Positions 38,801 through 51,166 of a stretch of 64,000 nucleotides of DNA are shown one piece after another. The notes beneath the pieces are model-generated. The model was not told the origin of the DNA and searched no databases. It saw only the letters and a program-made list of their open reading frames with translations. The stretch spans positions 104,057,304-104,121,303 of the forward strand of contig NC_052151.1 of the NCBI RefSeq assembly GCF_902713615.1, written 5' to 3'. The position numbers and the translations under genes were made by a program. Within the stretch, counting starts at the first letter, position 1. Every line of letters starts with the position of its first letter. The stretch is from Scyliorhinus canicula. Taxonomy: Eukaryota.

Positions 38801-39422
38801 CTGCTGAACTAGTTTAAACCCTCCCGAAGTGCATTAGCAAACTTTGCCCCCAGGATATTAGTACCCCTCTGGTCCAGGTGTAGACCATCCCGTTTGTAGA
38901 GGTCCCACCTACCCCAGAATGAGCCCCAATTGTCCAGGAATCTGAAACCCTCCCCCCTGCAGCCACGTGTTCAACTGCTCTCGTGGCACGGGTAACAACC
39001 CAGAGATAATAACTCTGTTTGTCCTGGATCTAAGTTCCACCCTAGCTCCCTGAATTCCTGCCTTACATCCCTATCCCTTTTCCTACCTATGTTGTTGGTA
39101 CCTACGTGGACCACGACTTGGGGCTGCTCCACCTCCCCCTTAAGGATCCCGAAAACACAATCCGAGACATCGCGGACCCTGGCACCTGGGAGGCAACACA
39201 CCAACCGCGAGTCTCTCTCGTTCCCACAGAATCTCCTATCTATCCCCCTAACTATGGAGTCTCCAATGACTAATGTTCTACTCCTTTCCCCCCTTCCCTT
39301 CTGAGCAACAGGGACAGACTCTGTGTCAGAGACCTGTACCCCATGGCTGACCCCTGGTAAGTCCCCCATCCCCCCCCCCCCCTCCCCCCAACAGTATCCA
39401 AAGCAGTATACCCATTACTAAG
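35866..39422 (-). mobile_element. Younger CR1 (HER1-type) LINE, 5'-truncated within ORF1; esterase, APE, RT and (ATGTTCT)n tail; frameshifted
   Basis: LVIGDSIVRG...CCLPGARV...VHVGTNNIG (SGNH); VAISETW; YRPP...GDFNFP...SDHN; KSPGPD; DFSKAFDKVPH; [10 protein letters not shown]; KFADDTK; LVRPHLEYCVQFW. 6-bp TSD ggctag at 35860-35865 and 39423-39428. Confidence 0.95.
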
Positions 39423-39782
39423 GGCTAGGGGAAACAAATCTTTCCAGTCCACCCGATCTAGGCACCTCAATTATGTATACCTCACTCACATCACTCCTCT
39501 GTTCTTAGGAAAATAACCCTAACTTAGCTAATCTTTCCTCATAGTTGTAACTTTTCGGCGCTGGCAGTATTCTTGTAAATATCCACTCTTTCCAGAGTAA
39601 TTGCGTCCTCCCAGATCTACACACAAAACTCCAGCTGTGGTCCAACCAGCATTTTATACATTTCCATCATTACGTCCCTGCTTTTGTATTCAATACCTCG
39701 CCCAATAAATGAAAGAACTCCATATGCTTTTTTTTTTCCACCTTGTCCACCTGTCCTGTCACCTTCAGAAACCTGTGGAGAT

Positions 39783-40654
39783 TGTTGCTCGTTTTGTAAA
39801 GTGTGCTTTACACTTAATCTGCTCTGTTTTATAACCTTGCTCTAGAGTCGCCAGGTATCTTTATGATACCACCACGAGGTTCAAGTTCAAGTGCTGATCA
39901 ATAACTCAATACACCAGTTAATAAGGTTCAAATCAAAGCACATTTATTATATGCACAATCAATCGCATAAAATACTACAGAACTAGACTATTTCTACCAC
40001 TAAAGGCCAATACTTAGCTTTGGAAAAGGAACCCACTGGGTCAGGGAACAATGGCCTCTCGTTCGATCCTGAGACTGCAGGCTTCCAGCTGGTATGGACT
40101 AAGGGTTAGGAGCGCCTATCTCGTAGCGTGCATTGACTGGACACTTACTTTTTGGTGTAGCTGCTAGGCAAGTCTCTCAGAGTTGAGAGTCACGGTCAAG
40201 AGTTCTTTGAGAGCTGCCAAGAAGACTTGCCAAGAGAGCGAATTGAACTTGGGGACTCTAATTTATAGTCCCCAGGAGCTTGGCACCCTTTTGGGCGGAC
40301 CCCGTACCTGGATCAAATTGATTGGACCATGTTCCAATCGATTGGTTTGATTTCCCCAATACTGGGGCTGTTCCCCGATCGCTGGGAAGTTCCTAAGTGT
40401 CCGTTGGCTTCTTTTGTTTTGGCTCCCGCTGGCGCCGAGGAGTCCGGCTTTGCCTCGATTATCTTAACTGTTGCTATTGTTCCCGGGGAACGCTCATCAA
40501 TACGCAGATGGTCATCAGTTTCAGTGCTGTCTGCGAGTCTTAATATACAGGAAGCTTGGCATTCTGCTTGCTTCCCTGTACCTGTCCATTTTTCCCTGCG
40601 TTCTTAGCGAATCTCCATTTTAAAGTCGGGAAGTGGCCAACCCAGGTGGCTACA
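39783..40654 (-). mobile_element. Solo LTR (TGTAGCCA...GCAACA family), 872 bp
   Basis: Minus strand starts TGTAGCCACCTGGGTTGGCCAC and ends GAGCAACA; TATAAA and AATAAA present; 4-bp flanks agat/acat; interrupts CR1. Confidence 0.85.
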
Positions 40655-40737
40655 ACATGTACTCCAAGGTCTCGCACTTTCTCAGCCCCCCTCAATATCC
40701 TCCCATTTACTGAGCTTCAGAAGTGACAGGAACCAAA

Positions 40738-41546
40738 TGTAACACTCTTCTAGGATCAAAAGCACTTTTGAGCATTATAAGGGAAAAAATGTAATTAGAG
40801 TTCAATGAACTAAAGTCATGCTGAACATGATTACATAGTCACGTTAGAAGTAATTAAGCTTAAAGGTACACTGAACAGTCAAGAGCAAAACAAAGTTACT
40901 TTACGATAATGTCATATAAACTTAACAACTGTGGAAGGGCAATATAAACGCGAAAACTATAGCAGCCAGCAGAGTCAGCTCTCATAGCTGCCCTCGGTCA
41001 TGGGAAGGATAAAATACAGAAACTGAGCAGAACAGAGAATCCATCAGGAGAAAACCAAAAGTTAAAGAAGAAAGACTGTCACGGCAGACCTGAAGGTCTA
41101 ACAACTGACTAGGAGGATCCAAAGAAAATAACTTTTTACATTTCTGCAAAAACAGTGATTTTATCTCTTAAAAGAAAAAAATAATAATAAAATAACTTGA
41201 AAGTTTTAACCTGAAACAGTGATTATTACATAGTCTACTTTACTTACTTAGTAATGTGGGACCCAGGATTGATGCTACTAACTGGTAAGTAGATAAAAAC
41301 TTCTATGAAGATATTGGTTATACCGGGGGATAACTTGAAAATATAGATTGACATGAATAGCACCCACCTAAATCTGCATAGGAGTCAGGGAGTGAGAATC
41401 CCTGTTCACTATTTAGAATGTCTTATTGACCCTTTTTGGTATAGGGGGAATTCTAAAAATAGTGCCGAGTTTTTTACTTCAGGGCTGAGATCATTCCGTA
41501 CAAAAGGATTTTCCTTAAAATCAGTATCCTGAAATTCATCCTTACA
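40738..41546. mobile_element. Possible old solo LTR
   Basis: TGTAA...TTACA termini about 810 bp apart; no convincing TSD. Confidence 0.3.
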
Positions 41547-41779
41547 ATTACGCAAAATAATCAGAACAGTTCACCAAAAAGCTGGATTTATTTCACAGTG
41601 CAAGACCATACTTAAAAACAAAGGAATCTGCAAACGATTAGATGAAGTAATTTCCATAAGGGAATACTTCAGCCTAATGAACAGGACAAATTACGAAAAG
41701 AACACTCACCCCAAACAAGCAAGCCAGTCAGTAAAACAGGCATTTCCAGTAAATTGATATTAAGCAAGTTCAAGATTTA

Positions 41780-42215
41780 CCTGTACAACAAGCAGCAAAA
41801 GTCCCATGCCACTGAAAACAGTTTCCTTTCACAAAAGCATCCATTGACGATTATCCTTAGTTTCCTGTCAATGAATCCATTTTGGATTCAACTCGCCACC
41901 TTCCCATATCCAATAGGATCTCACTTTTCTGACCAGTGTACCATGTGGGACCTTGTCAATGCCTCAATAAAATCTATGCAGACAACATCCACTGCGCTAT
42001 CCTCATCAATCCTCCTTGTTACTTCCTCACAACATTCGATTATTTAATGAGACATGATCTTGCCCAACAAAGTCATGCTGTCTATCCCTGATTAATCCAT
42101 GCCTTTCCAAGTGACAGTTCATCCTGACACTCAGAACTGATTCTAATAATTCGGCCATCACTGGTGGCATATAATTTTCTGGCCTATCACTTACACTATT
42201 TTTAAATAATGACAC
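41780..42215 (-). mobile_element. Old CR1 RT fragment
   Basis: PENY...LLESVL...HLERHGLIRDRQHDFV; ttgtcaatgcctcaataaaatctatgcagacaacatccactgc is the reverse complement of a VDVVxxDFxxA-type motif. Confidence 0.7.
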
Positions 42216-42231
42216 AATCGGGGGTGGGGAG

Positions 42232-43065
42232 ATTGATTGATTGATTGATATTTATTGTCACATGTACCGAAGTGCAGTGAAAAGTATTTTTCTGCGGACA
42301 AGGGAATGTACACAATATGTACATAGTAAACAAAAGAATAATCAACAGAGACGGTGAATCAACAAATAGTGATTGGCTATAGTGCAGAACAAGGCCAAAC
42401 ACGAGCAGCATATGGCATCGTGAATAGTGTTTGTACAGGGAACAGATCAGTCAGAGGGAGAGTTGTTGAGAAGTCTAATAGCTGTGGAGATGAAGCTGTT
42501 CCTATGTCTGGCTGTGCAGGTCTTCAGATCTGCCTGATGGAAGGGTCTGGAAGAGGGCAAAGTCTGGGTGTGAGGGGTCTCTGACAATGCTGTCTGCCTT
42601 TCTGAGTCAGCAGGAGATTTATACAAAATCAATGGGAGGATGGCAAGCTTGTATGATGCTTTGGGATGAGTTCACCACACTCTGCAGTTTCTTGTGATTT
42701 TGGGCTGAGCAGTTGCCATACCATGCTGTAATGCAGGGGGATAGGATGCTCTCTACGGCACATCTGCAGACGTTGGAGAGAGTCGATGCAGACATGCTGA
42801 ATTTCTTTAGCTTTTCTGTAGAAAAGTTTGGGAGCGGGAGGTTGTGCTACGCTTTCAGAAGTCAATGATCAGTTCCTTTGTCTTTCCATCATTTAGAGAG
42901 AGGTTGTTTTCGGTACACCATGCAACCAAGTGATCGATCCTCCCTTCTGTAGTTTGATTTGTTGTTTGAGATACGACCCACCACAGTCGTATCATCTGAA
43001 AACTTATAGACTGAATTGGAGTTAAATCTCGCAACAGTCGTGTGTGTATAGGGAAGATACAGGTG
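42232..43065 (-). mobile_element. Rex1/Babar-clade LINE 3' fragment with (AATC)n tail
   Basis: YKFSDDTTVVGRISNN; CIT-WYG-CSAQ-type region; RHRNSFISTAIRLLN; tail catgtgacaataaatatcaatcaatcaatc. Confidence 0.85.
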
Positions 43066-43984
43066 GGGAAGATAACACAAAGGGAGCGTGGAAGCGGTTA
43101 CATTTCCAGGGCTCCGGATCTGCTCATCTTTAATCCATCCTTTCATCCTGTTGCACATTTTGTATTTGTCGTGCTTGGGGTGCATGGCTCGTGCTACGTC
43201 CCAAAAAGTGTTTGGTCATTGTTCTTGCAAGAAAGATGAGAGAAAATGCCGAGTTCCTCGTTTGTGCATGGTGGCCAGGTATGCTGGGATGGGGCCCTGC
43301 TTTCAGTGGTGCAGTTGCTATTGAACGCGTTTCCACCTTGGCAGTGCTGTGTCCATTGGATGATAGCTGCCATTGGAGATGTCGCCTGGCTAAAAGTCTC
43401 AGCTCGGAAATACAGGTCATCAGGACCGCATTTCCAAAATTGTGGCGTAATTTTAATCGCAGTATTGAAGGTTCTTGTAATTGAGAAAGCCATTCCTCTA
43501 GTGGATACCCATCTCCATGCGCCTGAGAACAACTTGGACTTGTTGTCAGCGCTCTCCTCATTCTCTTTTAGACTACATGATTAATATTGGTTCTGTTCCA
43601 GGCCAGGATGGTGTTTAGATTGCGTTTTTGGGTACTTATTATACTTCCCCTTAGAGCTGGGGCTCTCGTGGACTTGCTTTAGTTTATTTGTAGCTCTGGC
43701 TATGAAGAATCTATTCTTGGGTTTTGCATGGCTGCGGTTGGGTTTAATATTTGAGAGTTGTGCATGGTTTGGTCATTGATGCCTGTGATGTTGCTGGAGC
43801 TAAGAAGTGGGCCGAGATAGGGTGATCTTTCAGAATGTCAGTGCAGACTTGATGGGCCAAATAGCCTCCTTCTGGCTTGCAGGGCTCTATGAATACATTT
43901 CAGGAATTTTGTGCACTCGGGGCCCTTCACATTGTCAGTGTCTGAATTGATATTCAGATAGCTATATTATTGTATTGGATAGGA

Positions 43985-44470
43985 TTTGATTTGTCACATG
44001 TACCGAGGTAGTGAAAAAGATTGTACAGTCCAGAAAGATCGTTCCATGAAGAAACATAGGATATATATAAATACACAAAATAAATACACAGGCAAAGGGT
44101 GAAGCATATGGAGTGCAGTACTACTAGGTATGAAAGGTGTAGGAAGCGATCAGTTCAGTCCATAAGAGGGTCATTCAAGAGTTTGTTAACAATGGGGAAG
44201 AAGCTGTTTTCGAACCTGTCAGTGCATGTTCTCAGACTTTTGTATATCCTGCCCAATGGAAGAAGTTGGAAGAGAGAATAACCCGGGTGGGAGGGGTTTT
44301 TGATTATGCTGCCTGCTTTCCCAAGGCAGCAGGAGGTTAAAACAGATTCAATGAATGGGAGGCATGTTTGTACGATGGATTGTGCTGTGTTCATGATTAT
44401 CTGTAGTTTTGTGCGGTCTTGGGCTGAGCAGTTGCCATACCAGGTTGTGATGCAGCCAGATAGGATGCTT
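43985..44470 (-). mobile_element. Second Rex1/Babar 3' fragment
   Basis: SILSGCITTWYGNCSAQDRTKLQ...SHPGYSLFQLLPLGRIYKS...RFENSFFP..KLLN. Confidence 0.85.
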
Positions 44471-45704
44471 AATGTAGAACTATACTGTTGTTTTGTTTGT
44501 GCAATCAAATCTGTCCAAATATTTGCTCTTCTAACTTTCTCCCACTATTTGGGGGTCTACAGCACACTGCTGCCCTTTGTTTTATTTCTGAGCTCAACCC
44601 ATATGGTCTCATTTGATTTGGTATATCATCCCTGATTGATTATTTAACCAGTGATGCTACACCCCCAACTTTATCCCCCTCTCTATTCTGTCTGAAAACT
44701 CTATATCCAGGGATGTTGAGCTGCCATTTCTGTTCTTCTTTAAGCAAAGTTTCGATTATAGCGATAAAATCATGTTGCTCCATGTATGTCCCCTCAGCTC
44801 ATCAGATTTATTTGCTATAGTCCTTGTTTACAGCCACTTCTTTGCCTTTCAGAATCACTCACTAATTTTCTACTCCCATTCTTGTGCTGAATTTGCACTC
44901 TGATTCCCATCCCCCTGCCACTCTAGCTTAAACCATCTTAAACAACCTTTGTTATTGAACCTATGCATAGGCAGGCTGGCACGACCTATTCTTCCTCAGA
45001 GACTGATTGAGAGACTAACCTTTGGCTTTAGAGAGGAGGGAAGGGCAGGCGGCGAAGTGCAAGTGACACAGACCAAGAGATAGAAACAGAGAACAAGAGA
45101 GACTCAATGAGAGAGAAAGAGACTCACATGAGACAGGCACACAGACAGAAAGCGCGCGAGAAACAGAAGGAGGGGGAAGGGAGATAAAAGAGAAAGAGAC
45201 ACATAGATATTGAGGGAATAAGTTGATAAATGGAAGTGGAGCTCAGCAACAAAATATAACAGCAATGCATCCAAGTCAGGATCAAGTTTGACTTGATGAT
45301 GATGATAATCCCCCCATGCACGTACATCCTTTATAGAGGTCATGGGTTTCGGACCCATGTATTGAAACTAGATTTCAGGCTTCCTGAATCTTACTCAGGA
45401 ACAAGCAAAAAGTAACATCTGACTTACAGTTTCTTGACACTTCAATGTATCTGATCTTCGATCCATAAAATGATCAGGGATAAAACAAATTTCTCAGCAA
45501 ACGGATATATTTTGCTCTGCTTTACCATCTCAGGAACCCCTTCATGAATTGGTGCACTTGGCTCTGAGGTTTGTATGCTCGGAGCACCCATCAATAATTT
45601 GTGCACCAAATTACTTCCTAAATTCCCTTATGGTTCGAGGTCTAAAAGTTAAGTTACACTCAGGGTCAGGGAGTTTTTGATCGAAAACTGAGAACAGAAA
45701 GCAT

Positions 45705-45822
45705 AGGGCAGCATGGTGGAGCAGTGGTTAGCACTGTTGCCTCACAGTGCTGAGTACGCGGATTGAATCCCGGCCCCGGGTCACTGTGTGGAGTTTGCAT
45801 ATTCCCCCCGTATCTGCGTGCT
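45705..45822 (+). mobile_element. V-SINE 5' fragment
   Basis: gggcagcatggtggagcagtggttagcac...gtgtggagtttgcat. Confidence 0.8.
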
Positions 45823-45824
45823 GA

Positions 45825-46310
45825 ACTCATGTCGAGTCCAGAAGGCTGCAAGGTGTTGAAATGCAAGGTGAGATGCTGTTCCTCAAACCTGTATGGAGCC
45901 TCACTGTAACGCTGCAGCAAGCCAAGGGCAGAAATGGGAGAGGGCAGGATGGTGAATTAAAATGGCAAGCACCCGGAAGCCCGGGGTCATACCTACAGAC
46001 TAGGCAAAGGTGTTTATGCAAAGCACTCGCTTAGTCTGCGTTTGGTCTTCCCAGTGTAGAGAGGACTGCATTGTGAGCAGGGAATACTGCATGCTACTTT
46101 GAGCAAGTTACAAATACATCACTGTTACATCAGGGAGAACAGTGGCATAAGTCACCTTTCTCCCTTCCTTCAATTCCAAAGGAGACCATCACACACTCAA
46201 AACACTAATTCTATACCTTGCCCCACAGATTCTGCCAGACCTGCTGAATGATTTTAGTGCTTTATATATTCTTATTTCAGATTTCCAGTATCCACAGTAA
46301 TTTGCTTTTG
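45825..46310 (-). mobile_element. Penelope-like element remnant: GIY-YIG endonuclease C-terminus (minus, about 45825-46100) plus inverted pLTR end (plus, about 46225-46310)
   Basis: Minus strand CSQCSPLYTGKTKRRLSECFA*..HL...ACHFNS...EEQHLTLHFNTLQPSGL; plus strand cacagattctgccagacctgctga...ttcagatttccagtatcc. Confidence 0.8.
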
Positions 46311-46459
46311 GTTCAATGCATAAAAGCAGCCTGTGAAACTTTCAGCATGTTCCCATTCTGCAACTAATTTCAGAGAATAAATTTCCAACATTTCCTGAAC
46401 GCCAAATACCATGAATCATTAGAATGCATATACTTCCCAAGAAAGAATCTCGGTTTCAT

Positions 46460-46682
46460 TTTTAAAAACATTTAGAGTACCAAATTCAATTTTTCCAATT
46501 AGGGGCAATTTTGTGTGTTCAATCCACCTACCTCGCACATCTTTGTGGGGGCTGGGGGCGAAACCCCGCAAACACTAGGAAATGTGCAAACTCCACACAG
46601 ACAATGACCCAGAACCAGGATCGAACCTGGGACCTCGGCACCGTGAGACTGCAGTGACACCCACTGCGCCACCGTGCTGCCC
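46460..46682 (-). mobile_element. HE1/V-SINE (A/T-tail subtype)
   Basis: Reverse-complement copy; flanks share agaatctc. Confidence 0.85.
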
Positions 46683-47702
46683 TAGAATCTCTGTTCTGAG
46701 CTGTACACTTGATGTAATCAATAGATATGTGTTAAGTGCCGGGAGAGAGTTTGATTTACTCAGCTGAATTTGCAAATATTCATGAATAATGATCATGAAA
46801 TCTCTATTAACTGTTTTATGCACAACTCCACAATTTTATAAAAGCTGAAACCAGCACTAATGTTTGAAAAATAAATCAAAACAAACCCGCATCAGCCATT
46901 TCTGCTAAATTTACCTTCCTAGAAAGTGAATGGAAAAAAGCTGAGTATCAGTTCCTACAAAGTACATTCATTTTAGCACAGTAAAAATGCAGTAGGCGAC
47001 TCAGCCCATCTCGCTGGTTCTGCTATTCAATGCTACCTCTTAATTGTACAACACCCCAAATAATCATCAAATTCTCCCTTAAACACTTGCACATTGCCTG
47101 CTTTCATTGTGTGAAAGGTGAACTCTTATTGAGCAAAGTAGTTAAATCTAAGCTACCAAAATACATCAATCATACATTCCCACATAATGCTTAAATTGCT
47201 CAATAATCTCAGCATAGAACCCAAAAAGGGATAACCAAGGCATAGTGTATTAGGTAGTCGTGGGTTTATAACACACATGTAACAGTCAATATATTCATCA
47301 TTTCTTTTCCATTGGAGAAAAAAGGAAACACAAGTACGGGAAAATCTTAAGCAAATATGCAGAAGGCCATTCTGTCAATAGCACGAGCTCTCGGGAAGGT
47401 TGCATGGAGAAAATAAAAGATTATGGATAAGATACAAACGGCAGGGATATTTTAGCAGCAGAGTCAGGTAGCTGAGATTTTAATCTGAGCAGGAGACACA
47501 AATGTTTACCCAATAGGCAGGACGAGAATCTACTTGACTTGGGGTGATTTGGTGGTAAGGATTGCAGAACACAGACAAAAAAAGATATTCTGCATGCTGG
47601 CACAAGTAGTCAGGTAGGATACATTGTGTTACTATAAAGGGAATGGAATTCTAGTCATTGGAGAGAAGGTGAAGGCCTTGCCTCCAGTTGAGAGGCAAAA
47701 AT

Positions 47703-48230
47703 CTTTTAAAAAAAAATAAATTTAGGGTACCCAATTAATTTTCTCCAATTAAGGGGCAATTTAGTATCCCCAATCCACCTATCTGCTCATCTTTGGGTTG
47801 TGGGGGCGAAACCCACGCAAACACGGGGAGAATGGGTGGGGTGAAGGTACAATGCTTAATTCACACTATATATCATTGTGTCCTTGTGGGCTCTGTCTGT
47901 GAGCTGTTGGGCGGCTCTGCCCACAGGGGGAGATGAGGAGCTTGTACAGGGTTCCACCCTTGGCTCCGCCCATGGCTCTGCCCATGGCCCCTCCCACTAC
48001 CGGAAGTATAAAGTGCTGCGGTCTTGAGTCTGCCCTCAGTTCTTCTGGTCACAGGCAGGCTCAGTTGTAAGTCTATTAAAACCACAGTTTACTTCCTCTC
48101 GTGTCTTGAGTGAATTGATGGTCACATCAATGTGCAAACTCCACACGGACAGTGATCCAGAGCTGGGATCGAACATGGGACCTCAGCGCCGTGAGGCAGC
48201 AGTGCTAACCACTGCTCCACCGTGCTGTCC
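47703..48230 (-). mobile_element. HE1/V-SINE split by a short LTR-like insert
   Basis: SINE reads ...gggagaatg [insert] atgtgcaaactccacacgg... Confidence 0.85.
47835..48129 (+). mobile_element. Short solo LTR-like insert (about 295 bp)
   Basis: Cleanly interrupts a SINE with atg duplicated; GC-box-like ctccgccc, gtataaag TATA, attaaa poly-A signal, ends CATCA. Confidence 0.7.
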
Positions 48231-50717
48231 CTAGAGTTGAAAATTCTCTTGACCCATGTTTTGGTTCTGGGAAGAGGAGGGGTGAAGGTGGAGAAAAATA
48301 GCACACAACTGGTCTAAGCTAGTGATGTGCGGTAAATATGGATTCAAGCTGCTCCAGTCTTTGCTTTGACTTCTGATAACTGCCTTCATCTTTTCATTGA
48401 TTTACTTTACTGGAACTCAAACTTTCATGTTCTTATATATTTCAGCATCTTGACACCTTCCCGCCAGTCTCCTTTTTAAGTATAAAATTCCATTCTGCAT
48501 TTTTTCTTCCACAGTGCATTGCCACACAAACTCCTGTATTAAATTTTCTCTGCCACCAGTATCACTCATTCCACTAACATACTTCCTCCTGAATTAATTA
48601 AAATTCCTCCTTAGTTGCCAAACTCATAGCTTTTCCGTTTGCAGGAAACCTGCGTATCAGGCTGCCACAGCCAGATGAAAATCTTGATTCAAATCACCGG
48701 TATAACAAAGCCAAAGAGAAAGCCAATACTGATAGAATGGGGAAGGCAGGGTGGGAGATGTGGTGGCTGAAAGGAGAACTGGGTTTGATCAGAAAATTGG
48801 TGTGAAACTTCTTTTCTGTTTAAGACAGCGAGGACAGGCCAGGGAGAGTCACTCTCAAATATTTACTATTTAGTTTCTTGTAGAGTAAGTCTCAGGAACG
48901 TTGTGTGTCCTCCACTCCTTTTTCTCAAAAAAAAATCAAGTTTGAAACATTCCACCTTTGCCACAACAATGTTGAGTCATCAGTGTCAGATTACAGACAC
49001 AGATTTCACTCGTGTATTTCATGCAAGTTTACAATTAATCTACAAAAACATAGGTTACCAAACTAAGTTTGTCTTTATGCGCCAACATGTGGTTTTAACA
49101 AAGTATTTTTTAAACAAATTCACACAAAACAAAGACCGTATCATGGCATCCAAAACATAAAGAATGCGCATATATAGCTGTTCCGCTCTACCTTCCCCCA
49201 CTTTAGTTTCTTTCAGAAAACTTTGTTCCAGTACTTTGTCTGGCAGGCACTGTGGCAAAACCACCTGAGCTCCATAAAGAGCAATTCACATGGTAGGTCT
49301 ATTCAAACAAAGTAGGCAATTGCTAAGCAACTTGGGAGGGACCAACAGCCTTGAGCAATACTTTCTGGAATGATAATGAATTGAATGTGATTTGTACTTC
49401 AGCCCGCAGAAAGATGCATAGAGGTATAATAGGTCATCTTTTGTTGTGAAGCAGTATCCAGACAGATTTTATCGTGCAAGAACCAGCAAAGTATATCAAA
49501 AGCAGCCATTCAATTCATTATATCAAATTATTTGATCAGCCTTGATCCATATTTAAAAATGCTGTGTACACATTTATTTCTTGTTGCTTACTTGGGCAGA
49601 AAAGGCACCGACATTGCAGACTGATTCATAAGAATTGTGTAATTAGTCCAAAGTAAAATTATAGCAGGCGTAAACTTCCACATATCACTGTGCCAAAAAA
49701 CAGGGAGAAAGCTGTTTAAATAGTTAGTGCCTACACTAGGTATCCGTGCTCAAAGTTGTACTGTAAGATGGGGGAAAAGGCTTGAAACGGTGAAAAAATT
49801 AATTTTCTTTCCCCACAAAACAGTACTATGGTTAAATGTCTCAGTCCGTAATTAGTTACCTTTCCTATTCAAGAGGTGTTCCGCCTTCTCAAGGTCAAGT
49901 ATAGAATACACACCTGCTTTTAACAGCTGTTGTTTCCACTGGGACAAATAAGGATGTGGTGATCCAAATTCTCAAGAGTACCCTAGAACAGCTCCAGGTT
50001 TGCCTCGGAAATCAGATGTTTGGAGGGGAGAGGAAGACTCACCCTACCTACCCTTCTGCTAGTCAGACAATGGCAAGAATCCCCATTACATTGCAACAAA
50101 TAGGCACTTATTGCCTCCACAGAACCTTCGGCCTTCTGTTTTTAAATTTACTAACATTTAAACAATTTAAAACTTCTGAGCATGTCGCGGCAACATTCCC
50201 TTTGTCACTATCAAATGTCTACCATGTTGGCAAATGTAAAATTGGATGAACATTAGTCTTTTTTATCCATCATTTCTTACGTTACTAATTTAACTTCACT
50301 ACCCATTCAATTTAGATGCAGTGCATCAGCAAAGAGCCATTTTTACCCAAGCTCTTCTGTTATCAACAGGTGAAAAGAAGCCAGCAACACCCTCATGCTC
50401 AAATTGGTTCCCGTCTTCCTTTCCGTCTCCTATCAGCCAAAAATTCTACTTTATATAGAAAAGGAATGTAGTGTCTCTCCCTCGCTGTACATATCTGCCC
50501 CATAATTGTTGGACTTGGCACTTGTTTCACAGCTGTAAGCCATTATAACAATTTACCTTTTCTGTCAAAACACAGTAATTAGTTGGTTTCAAAATTCATT
50601 TTTTCTGAAAAAACATGGAGGAAAGAATAATGTTTTCTGGAATTCAAACAACACAAAAGGTATAGTAGCTATGCAACCAACAGTCATCCTACCCCAACAC
50701 ATGAATCCAAAGTTCCA

Positions 50718-50858
50718 ATAGAACATAGAACATAACAGCGTAGTACAGGCCCTTCGGCCCACGATGTTGCACCGTCCTGTGAAACCCTTCTAAAGCCCCT
50801 CTACACTATTCCCTTATCGTCCATATGCCTATCCAATGACCATTTGAATGCGTTTAGT
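50718..50858 (-). mobile_element. Short 3' stub of the same CR1/HER1 family as 35866-39422
   Basis: Closely matches 35863-36000 (agaacatagaacat...atccaatgaccatttgaatgcgtttag). Confidence 0.9.
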
Positions 50859-50940
50859 TTTAAAATTTGTTAAAATGTTTTAAAATTTGCCCACTTTTCC
50901 CAAATAATTTTGAAAACATTGAGCAAAAACTGCTAGTAGT

Positions 50941-51166
50941 GGGGCAGCATGTTGGCGTAGTGGGTTAGCCCTGCTGGCTCGCGGCACCGAGGTTCCAGAT
51001 TCGATCCCGGCTCTGGATCACTGTCCGTGTGGAGTTTGTACATTCTCCCCATGTTTGCGTGGGTTTCTCCCCCACAACCCAAAGATGTGCAGGCCAGGTG
51101 GATTGGCCACACTAAATTGCCCCTTAATTGGAAAAAATGAATTGGGTACTCTATATTTATTTTTTT
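50941..51166 (+). mobile_element. HE1/V-SINE (A/T-tail subtype)
   Basis: 14-bp perfect TSD aaactgctagtagt at 50927-50940 and 51167-51180. Confidence 0.93.

Larger units (their letters stand above)
35570..40710 (-). mobile_element. Old CR1 3' end split into three pieces (35570-35865, 39423-39782, 40655-40710) by a younger CR1 and a solo LTR
   Basis: Pieces rejoin colinearly: ...gatccctcggctag|gggaaac... and ...ctgtggagat|gtactccaaggtc... Confidence 0.75.
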
